From the NCBI GenBank assembly GCA_044236265.1, contig JBIIGV010000071.1, positions 1-15,079 on the forward strand: a stretch of DNA of 15,079 nt. Direction: 5' to 3'. The position numbers and the translations under genes are program-made. The first letter of the stretch is position 1. Each line of letters starts with the position of its first letter. Below the pieces are notes generated by a model. That model worked only from the letters and a program-made list of their open reading frames with translations, did not search any database and was not told the origin of the DNA. Of this stretch, positions 7,998-14,657 are shown one piece after another. The stretch is from Oligoflexales bacterium. Its GTDB lineage: Bacteria; Bdellovibrionota_B; Oligoflexia; Oligoflexales; RGVZ01.

Positions 7998-8981
7998 ATG
8001 AGTGAGCCAAGTCTGATCCAAAAATTTAGTATAAAAACGACAGCACGCATGGTTGATATGAACTCCCATACAATTCGTGCTTGGGAACGTCGCTACAAAG
8101 CTCTCGACCCCGATCGCAACGAGGCCAACAACCGCCGCCAATACTCCCAGCGCGACGTCGAGCGCCTTTCACTGTTAGCTAGACTCGTGCGTCAAGGTCA
8201 CCAAATCAGTCACATCGCAGGACTGTCCAATGACATTCTAGAGACGATGTTGATGAGCGAACCCGGTGATGCCAAAATAGCAGCGCCACCCGTTGAACAA
8301 TTGATTCTTGGCCGCTGTATCGCTGCCTTGGAAAAGTATGAACTGGTATTGATTCAAGCCGAACTTGAAGCGGCGCGAAATCTGATATCAGCAGAGCATT
8401 TTTTGACGCAGATTGCTGTGCCGCTTTTGCGCGATGTCGGGGCGCGCGTTTATAATGGAACCTTCAGCATTGCACAGGAACACGCATTGTCATCCATCCT
8501 GCGCGCTCAATTGATGCAAACGTTATTTAATCTAAGAAATGCGATCGCCGTCCGCGCATTCACGCGAAAAGATCAAGAGCACGGCCTCTCCATATGTCTC
8601 GCGACCCGTGACGGTGACCTCCATGAATTCGGAATTCTGGCCTCGGCTATCTTGGTTGCCAACGAAGGTCACGTTCCTCACTACTTCGGTCCAAACCTGC
8701 CATCAGCGGCTCTAGCGGATGCTGCCCGCGCGGTCAACGCTGACGTCGTGATTGTGGGCAACACGCCCTCAGCTGAACCTTTTGGCGAACAGCGGCAGGA
8801 AACCTATGCGCGAGATCTTCAAAACAAGATTTCACCTTCTTGTCAGATCTGGTGGGGCGGTGTCTGTACCATCAAAAACCCAGAACTTTTAGGCCGAGTT
8901 TTACAGATCCATACTTTAGAATCCCTTAAAGAGAACCTTCGCTCCGTATTCCCTCACTCAAAAAGTCGTACGACTGTCTAA
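7998..8981 (+). CDS. MerR-family regulator with cobalamin-binding domains (CarH/CarA/LitR-like)
   Basis: MerR HTH with TIRAWERRY signature. Four-helix cap ending AQEHALS. Rossmann B12 domain with GDLHEFG, YFGPNLP and WWGG. Starts 5 nt after the folE stop. Confidence 0.92.
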   Translation: MSEPSLIQKFSIKTTARMVDMNSHTIRAWERRYKALDPDRNEANNRRQYSQRDVERLSLLARLVRQGHQISHIAGLSNDILETMLMSEPGDAKIAAPPVEQLILGRCIAALEKYELVLIQAELEAARNLISAEHFLTQIAVPLLRDVGARVYNGTFSIAQEHALSSILRAQLMQTLFNLRNAIAVRAFTRKDQEHGLSICLATRDGDLHEFGILASAILVANEGHVPHYFGPNLPSAALADAARAVNADVVIVGNTPSAEPFGEQRQETYARDLQNKISPSCQIWWGGVCTIKNPELLGRVLQIHTLESLKENLRSVFPHSKSRTTV

Positions 8982-9011
8982 GTCTGAGACAATTTGTCGT
9001 GGTAACGGACA
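8975..9011. promoter_or_regulatory. Tandem palindromic enhancer (bEBP UAS-like) sites
   Basis: TGTCT-AAGTCTG-AGACA (8975-8991) and TGTCG-TGGTAAC-GGACA (8995-9011). Both are TGTC-N9-GACA, 20 bp apart, about 100-135 bp upstream of the predicted sigma54 start site. Confidence 0.65.
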
Positions 9012-9083
9012 GCTGAGCTTACGCTAATGGATCTAACTGCCTAAAATAACAGAGACCAGCCCCCATGCACCCCCTCCAGGCTC

Positions 9084-9099
9084 TGGCATGGGTCCTGCA
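9084..9099 (+). promoter_or_regulatory. sigma54 (-24/-12) promoter
   Basis: TGGCATGGGTCCTGCA: GG (9085-86), N10, GC (9097-98), close to consensus TGGCACGnnnnTTGCW. Predicted start about 9110. Confidence 0.72.
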
Positions 9100-9109
9100 C
9101 TAAGGAGCT

Positions 9110-9270
9110 CATCCAACCAACAGGTTGGTGGAGTTGTTCGGCGGTTTTCACATTGAATCAAACCATGACACTTTTTTTGAAACAGTCATAAAGATTCATC
9201 AAATTCCATTCTGTTGCTCTTCCTGTTGCCACTCTTCTCTCTCACTCCTCTAAACCGCCGAGCAACTCTC
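9110..9270 (+). ncRNA. Candidate structured non-coding RNA (sRNA or long parA leader); 3' end uncertain
   Basis: Begins at the predicted sigma54 start. Hairpin CCAACC/GGTTGG (9113-9128). 17-bp helix 9131-9147 with 9252-9268, whose only non-Watson-Crick pair is U-G on the plus strand. Inner hairpin 9154-9198. No credible ORF. No known family recognised. Confidence 0.6.
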
Positions 9271-9385
9271 TCTCAACTCTTCCAATCCCCATCAAAATCT
9301 TCATCATAAATTCTCCGTAAACCATCCTTGATATGCTAAACTATTGCATACCACAGATGATTAAAGCTTTCGTACGGAGAGACTC

Positions 9386-10156
9386 ATGAAGTTTGCCGTT
9401 TTCAATCAAAAAGGTGGCGTCGGCAAGACGTCAGTTGCCTGCAATATTGCTGCTTGCTTTGCGCAACAGGGAAAAAGAACGCTTGTGGTTGACTTGGACG
9501 CCCAAGGCAACGCGTCTCACTACCTTGGATTTGATTCTGATCATCCTGAGGGAAAAACCATCTGTGACTTCTTTCAATCCACGATTGGCATCAATTTGTT
9601 TGGATCGTCACTGTCCGAATTTGTGCACTCGACACCGGTCAGAGATCTTTTCGTCCTACCAGCTGATGGACGACTTTTTGAAATGCAACCCAAGCTGGAA
9701 GCTCGCTATAAAATCTTTAAACTTCGTGACGCTTTGAATGAACTAACTGAGTCTGGAAAGTTCTCGCAAGTGATTCTCGACTGTCCACCAGCGATGAACT
9801 TTTACAGCATGAGCGCCCTAATGGCAGCAGATCGAGTACTCATTCCATTTGATTGCGACGCTTTTGCTGTATCGGGGCTCAGTGAAGTTATACGGGTCGT
9901 CGATGATGTCAGAGAGGATCATAACCCCCATCTTCAAATCGCTGGAGTGATTGTGAATCAATGGATTGCCAATGCAAACCAATCAAAGTCAGTACTCGAA
10001 AGAGTGCGCGCGCTTGGGATCAAGGTGTTTGAACCATTTTTACAAACATCGGTTGCCATGCGCGAGAGTCACGACGATCGCCTGCCGCTGGTAAAGTCAA
10101 AACCAAAACACAAACTCACGGCCAGCTTCATATCCTTGGCTAAAGAGATTTCCTAG
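9386..10156 (+). CDS. ParA/Soj-family ATPase (orphan, no adjacent parB)
   Basis: Deviant Walker A NQKGGVGKTS, VDLDAQGN, ILDCPP and ADRVLIP motifs. SD GGAG at 9376-9379. Confidence 0.92.
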   Translation: MKFAVFNQKGGVGKTSVACNIAACFAQQGKRTLVVDLDAQGNASHYLGFDSDHPEGKTICDFFQSTIGINLFGSSLSEFVHSTPVRDLFVLPADGRLFEMQPKLEARYKIFKLRDALNELTESGKFSQVILDCPPAMNFYSMSALMAADRVLIPFDCDAFAVSGLSEVIRVVDDVREDHNPHLQIAGVIVNQWIANANQSKSVLERVRALGIKVFEPFLQTSVAMRESHDDRLPLVKSKPKHKLTASFISLAKEIS

Positions 10157-10161
10157 TAGAC

Positions 10162-10593
10162 TTAGTTAGCAGGCAAACTCACGATAATGGGCTTGAGCGT
10201 GATGAAGGACATGATGCTCAGAAAAATCATGGGAATACCAAAACTCAAATGCTCAGGGTTTAATATCACCGCAACAATCCCCATCAATCCTGGAATTTCA
10301 CCCATCGCAAGTAGTATAATCAGGTGCACCAAGGTCACCTTGGCACCCTCAAGAAGCCTTGCTTTCGCAAACTGTTGCGCTAATAACACAAGCACACCGA
10401 GACCCAGAAAAATTTTACACTGAATGTCTCCTGAGACCGCCGTCAAGAAACCATTGAAGGAAGGGGTTTGTTCAGGAGCCAGGACAAACTTTAACACGAC
10501 GATGAGCATGACCTGAAAAATGACAAATCCCGCGGTAAGCATATAGCCAAGCACGAGAGGCTTAGGTTGCTGATTCGGAGCACTTTGATTCAT
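10162..10593 (-). CDS. Hypothetical integral membrane protein (about 4 TM helices)
   Basis: 143 aa with four hydrophobic segments. GAGGA SD upstream. Starts 30 nt downstream of the MshEN gene stop, so probably co-transcribed. Confidence 0.75.
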   Translation of the reverse strand: MNQSAPNQQPKPLVLGYMLTAGFVIFQVMLIVVLKFVLAPEQTPSFNGFLTAVSGDIQCKIFLGLGVLVLLAQQFAKARLLEGAKVTLVHLIILLAMGEIPGLMGIVAVILNPEHLSFGIPMIFLSIMSFITLKPIIVSLPAN

Positions 10594-10623
10594 TGAGCAA
10601 TCCTCATGTCCTTCTTAAAATAT

Positions 10624-12360
10624 TCAATCAACAGGAACGGCGCGAATCACGTCCGCAAACGTTTGTCGCAATCCTTCATGGTTACTTGAACCCGTAAATG
10701 ATGCGAGGCAGATCGCTGTGTGTGTTCCAGGACGCATCACCAAGGCATGCGTGACATTCTCCAAGACCACATCAGAATGATCAAACCATGCATCAGGCTC
10801 GCGACCTTCTACTATTGTTCTGAGTGAGGCCTCATTATGCCCCTCTGGCAGCTCAAGATAGACGTCTGATCGCGTTCCATCTTTCACCCATCGTACACCG
10901 ACAACTTCATTGTTAGCGCGAACGATGGCCAGCAACCCTTGCCCAATACCAACCCGGCACGCGACATCAGCTATTTTGGTGAGGGCCCGCGCCATGTCAG
11001 TTGTTACTTGAAGAGAGATCAAAACACGATTTAGATGAGCAATTCCTGCATGACTCGACGACTCAATCGTTACATCTTCCGAGCCAATCAAATCAAGGTC
11101 AGGCTCGTTAGCAGCTGTTGCTTCAATTCCACTAATCTCTGGTTGCACATCGCCTGGTATATCCTGATGGTCACCAAACTGCGGTTCAAACGAGTTGGTC
11201 TGATCACCTGAGCCGTCTTTGACCGTTTCTCCAGATTCGAAATCCTCAGGAAAATCTGTTGACGCCTCTAGGCTCTCATCAGACTGGAACTCCGGATTTA
11301 GAGTTTCTTCAGGCTGCACTTCGACCGATGTATCTAGCGACAAATCCACGTCTTGACCTGAAGCATCAAAATCAGCAGGAGTCTGTGATGCCTCGAGATT
11401 TTGGGCAGCTACGTCAAGCGCCCCAATCTCATCAATCTGGTCTTCTTTTTCCGTCGGTTCGCTCAATTCACCATTCAAGGTCGCGTCAAGATTCGCCGTT
11501 TGCTCTGCGTTGGCAGTCAGCAATTCAACTTCCTGTTCAGTTTGAGCCGGCATAGCCTGCTCATCCGCTGGACCCATGTCTGTTTGCACGCTCTGTTCAT
11601 AATATTGAGGGGCTGCTATCTCCTGCATATTTGCAGAGACAGAAGGATCTGATCCCAAATCAGAGCTCACAGACTCAGCGGCGACTTGATTTGTCGCTTG
11701 CGCCAAATCCGAATCATCATTTAGCTCTTGGAAACCATCATCAAGCCATCCACCAGCTGGCACACTTGAGGCGACGCTGCTAGACGCCGCCGCTGGCGGA
11801 GCCACCATCTCGCGGGCATTAGACATGGGGCTGTCGTTCTGTTTAAATATTCCCGTTGAATTTCTACTGGTCGCTGGGAGTGGAGGCCTGCCCAATGTGC
11901 GCAGCAAACCTTCAAACCCGCTTTCTCCGATATCCATGGGAGCCCCAATACGTTGCAAGGCTCGATGAATTTCACTCAGTTTTGCTATCATCGGCTTGAT
12001 CCGCAGACCGGTGAAAAATCGCACTTGATTGATAGCGTCCTGATCCGTTGTATCGACCATCGCCAAACGCAGTAACCCATCGTTAACAGATAAAGGCACC
12101 ACCTCCAACCATGCCAAAACATGTAATGGCACGAGGGTGGCAACAGCAGGATCTAAATCGTGCATGATATCTTTAGCCACTTGAAGGCATCCTGTCTTGG
12201 AAGCCATCAAAGCCGTAAGCTCATCTTCGTCCAAAAGCCCCATGGCTAGAACTGATCTTGCGAAACTGCCATGATAAGCCGCACTCTCCCGCTTGATCAT
12301 CTGCCGATCAGCCGCCGACAAAATTCCTTCCTGGACTAAAAATGCACCAAGACGCGACAT
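10624..12360 (-). CDS. MshEN/T2SSE_N-domain protein with long acidic linker and unknown C-terminal domain; no ATPase domain
   Basis: N-terminal RLGAFLVQEGIL and VVPL....LRLAMVD..D..AINQVRFFTGLRIKP typical of GspE/PilB N domains. About 230 aa of D/E/S/Q-rich low complexity. No Walker A. AAGGGG SD. Confidence 0.82.
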   Translation of the reverse strand: MSRLGAFLVQEGILSAADRQMIKRESAAYHGSFARSVLAMGLLDEDELTALMASKTGCLQVAKDIMHDLDPAVATLVPLHVLAWLEVVPLSVNDGLLRLAMVDTTDQDAINQVRFFTGLRIKPMIAKLSEIHRALQRIGAPMDIGESGFEGLLRTLGRPPLPATSRNSTGIFKQNDSPMSNAREMVAPPAAASSSVASSVPAGGWLDDGFQELNDDSDLAQATNQVAAESVSSDLGSDPSVSANMQEIAAPQYYEQSVQTDMGPADEQAMPAQTEQEVELLTANAEQTANLDATLNGELSEPTEKEDQIDEIGALDVAAQNLEASQTPADFDASGQDVDLSLDTSVEVQPEETLNPEFQSDESLEASTDFPEDFESGETVKDGSGDQTNSFEPQFGDHQDIPGDVQPEISGIEATAANEPDLDLIGSEDVTIESSSHAGIAHLNRVLISLQVTTDMARALTKIADVACRVGIGQGLLAIVRANNEVVGVRWVKDGTRSDVYLELPEGHNEASLRTIVEGREPDAWFDHSDVVLENVTHALVMRPGTHTAICLASFTGSSNHEGLRQTFADVIRAVPVD

Positions 12361-12635
12361 AGGGCCCCTTACGAAGCGGCGGTTCGCCTGCTGAATTAAT
12401 ATTAATCAGTTTCCATATTTTATTGATTTTAACACAAAAATTAACCTCCTGGAGCTTCCTGAAGAGGTAAAAGCGCTTGTGATCCCCGCCTTTGACTGGC
12501 AACATCGATAGTGGATGACGAGCAACAAATCACTGGAATCAGGATTAGTTTTGCTGGTTTTGGTCGTTTGCCAAACTTTGGTGACGCCCCAGAAATTTGA
12601 CCAATAGACTTAAATAGATCGGGTGAGGACTCAAG

Positions 12636-13466
12636 ATGACAGGACAAAAGCAAGTCGAACATTCACTTAAAAAGCCGGATTCCTTTCAAGACCATGTGAT
12701 GAAGGGCATTCAATCACTGGTTAACAACAAAACCCGCCTTTTCATGTTTCTTGCTCCAGTCATTGTCGTAGCGCTGGCTTTCTACGCTGTACAATCATGG
12801 ACCAATCATAAAACCGAGGCTCGCCGTGCAGAGCTAGCGAAGATTCTAGCGATACAAACAGACGAACAGTCAGACGTGGGCAAACGTCGGGAAGAAATTC
12901 AGAAAGAAATCGATGCTATCCGCGCCGATCGTAAGACTGACGCTAAGGGCAAAAAGGCAGAACTTTCGGCAGATCAACTTGCCAAGGTGACCGAGCTTGA
13001 AAAGAAAATCTCATCCTTGAAACCTGACAACTCAAAATCCCTGGAAGCCTTCAAAAAATTCTACGACAGCAACAAGGATAAGCCTGAGGGCTGGATGGCA
13101 GGATTGGCTTGGGCCGCGGGTCAGCTACAAAATGATAAGACCGCGGATGCGCGACCCATCGTTGAATCCATTTCAAAGGCCAGCGGCTCCAATAAGTTTT
13201 ACCAGCTCACATCCCGATTCATGCTCATCGGCATACTTGAGGATGCAGCCGAGTATGATGCAGGCATCAAAGAGTGCGATACGCTGTCAACAATCGCGAC
13301 TGACGAATCAAAGCCAGCCGTTCTGCTCGCAAAAGGACGTCTGCAATATTTCAAGAAAGCAATGCCAGAGGCTCGAACAGTACTCAACGAGCTGATTGAA
13401 AAACATGGATCTACGCCAGAAGCAACCAAGGCTCGCGGCATGATTGCCATGATGGGGCCAAGCTAA
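12636..13466 (+). CDS. yfgM: YfgM-like membrane-anchored TPR protein
   Basis: N-terminal LKKPDSF segment, single TM helix and C-terminal TPR helices. GAGGA SD. Directly upstream of the bamB-like gene, matching conserved yfgM-bamB synteny. Confidence 0.75.
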   Translation: MTGQKQVEHSLKKPDSFQDHVMKGIQSLVNNKTRLFMFLAPVIVVALAFYAVQSWTNHKTEARRAELAKILAIQTDEQSDVGKRREEIQKEIDAIRADRKTDAKGKKAELSADQLAKVTELEKKISSLKPDNSKSLEAFKKFYDSNKDKPEGWMAGLAWAAGQLQNDKTADARPIVESISKASGSNKFYQLTSRFMLIGILEDAAEYDAGIKECDTLSTIATDESKPAVLLAKGRLQYFKKAMPEARTVLNELIEKHGSTPEATKARGMIAMMGPS

Positions 13467-13500
13467 TTTCTTAATTTACTTGTTTGCTTCCTGATGAGAG

Positions 13501-14619
13501 ATGCTTATGACGGGTTACTTGAAAAATCATTTCTGCTTTATCTTTCTGGCGATTGCTTTGTTTGGCTCGGTTGCCACAGCGCAATCTCAGCAACAACGCC
13601 CATTTCGTCTCGGCGTGATGCGCATGAACCCGGAACTTGACGAGATCAAGCCGCTTGCAGCTTCTGACAACGGCGGTTTTGTGATCCGCGGCGACATCAT
13701 CATCGGTAGTTTCGATTCTAAAAATATTCGCGCATACAACATGACCAATCGCAAAACATTGTGGTGGCAGAGTATTGATAGCGAAGTCACAGCTCCCCCT
13801 CTTCTGACGGAAAATGCATTGATTGTGAGTACACGATCTGGGCGTTTGACAGCATTTAACCCAACCAATGGCGACAAGCTCTGGGACATCACGTTAGACT
13901 CCTTCAGCGAACGTCCCCTTACATTTTCTAACGGATTCATTTACATCGTCACAGCCGGCCAAGTCGCATATTCAATCGAGGCAAGTTCGGGTAAGCGCCT
14001 CTGGGTTCATGATGCTGGCTTTCCTGATATGGTAACCGTTCGCCGCCCACCAGCCCCGGTCATCCATGATGGGCGAATGATCATTGGACTGGCGACCGGT
14101 GAGCTGATGGCGTTACGCGTGGAAGATGGTAAGCGTCTTTGGCGCTACAATCCATTTTACCAAGAAGCCAAATTTAAGGACGTCATTGGCGAAATGACAG
14201 TGCACAACGGAAAGTTATTGGTCACACGTTATGATGGTCTGATTGCGATTGTAGATATTACGCAAGAGCGTCAAGTGATCTGGCAGGATCGACAGTCATC
14301 GGCTTCGACATCGACATTTAGATCAGGGCGCTACTATGTGGGACTGACCAATGGAGAGGTCCTTTCGTACGATGCTTCTACAGGACGTATTAACTGGCGC
14401 GCACATACCGGAACGACGCCGTCATTTATGATTGCTAGCGAAACAAACATTTACGTGTTTGGAGCAAACGGCCGGATCACCTCACTCGATGTGGGCACTG
14501 GCACTTATCAGTGGGGCGACGACCTGGGCAGCCGGCTAAGCACAAGTCCAATTGTCGTTGGCAACAAGATGTATGTGTCCACCGGATTACGCAATATCTA
14601 CGGCTATCAAATTCAGTAA
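13501..14619 (+). CDS. bamB: BamB-like PQQ-repeat beta-propeller protein
   Basis: Repeated A.....G...W blades (AFNPTNGDKLW, SIEASSGKRLW, ALRVEDGKRLW, SYDASTGRINW). Signal peptide present. Follows yfgM. True start may be ATG 13507. Confidence 0.82.
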   Translation: MLMTGYLKNHFCFIFLAIALFGSVATAQSQQQRPFRLGVMRMNPELDEIKPLAASDNGGFVIRGDIIIGSFDSKNIRAYNMTNRKTLWWQSIDSEVTAPPLLTENALIVSTRSGRLTAFNPTNGDKLWDITLDSFSERPLTFSNGFIYIVTAGQVAYSIEASSGKRLWVHDAGFPDMVTVRRPPAPVIHDGRMIIGLATGELMALRVEDGKRLWRYNPFYQEAKFKDVIGEMTVHNGKLLVTRYDGLIAIVDITQERQVIWQDRQSSASTSTFRSGRYYVGLTNGEVLSYDASTGRINWRAHTGTTPSFMIASETNIYVFGANGRITSLDVGTGTYQWGDDLGSRLSTSPIVVGNKMYVSTGLRNIYGYQIQ

Positions 14620-14643
14620 AAGCCTCGCTTGTAGCAACGAGGC
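14617..14643 (-). terminator. Intrinsic terminator between convergent bamB and manC
   Basis: Minus strand GCCTCG-TTG-CTA-CAA-G-CGAGGC hairpin followed by TTTT. Confidence 0.6.
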
Positions 14644-14657
14644 ATGATCAGCAGAGG

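Noticed and set aside
8964..8975. Perfect 12-bp palindrome AGTCGTACGACT at the end of the regulator gene
   Set aside because: It lies in coding sequence, has no loop or U tract, does not match parS (TGTTTCACGTGAAACA) and is not in phase with the adjacent enhancer pair.
9131..9268. Retron msr-msd-like layout (terminal inverted repeats enclosing a hairpin)
   Set aside because: No reverse transcriptase or effector gene in the window, flanking genes are housekeeping-type, and no long msd-like stem is present.
9165..9325. Tiny ORFs in the intergenic RNA (plus-strand MTLFLKQS; minus-strand 21-27 aa MMKILMGIG...)
   Set aside because: Very short with no recognisable homology. The plus-strand ORF has no SD, and the minus-strand ORF is explained by the low-complexity antisense tract.
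9200..9330. Minus-strand purine-rich tract with about seven GGA motifs (CsrB/RsmZ-like)
   Set aside because: The GGAs are not displayed in regular hairpin loops. The wobble pair and the sigma54 promoter both point to the plus strand. Not fully excluded without strand-specific RNA data.
8982..9385. Cobalamin or c-di-GMP riboswitch next to the B12-domain regulator
   Set aside because: No B12-box or GGGAA...GCCACTG core and no GEMM GCAAA/GNRA architecture found on either strand.
10162..10593. ATP synthase subunit c-like buried Glu (LAMGEIPGLMG)
   Set aside because: Only a short helix resemblance. It lacks the GxGxGxG and RQP loop motifs and has no atp gene context.
12308..12662. 65-73 aa minus-strand ORFs and protein-like plus-strand fragments in the divergent intergenic region
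   Set aside because: They overlap real gene starts or lack start codons and SD, with no recognisable homology. Better explained as promoter DNA.
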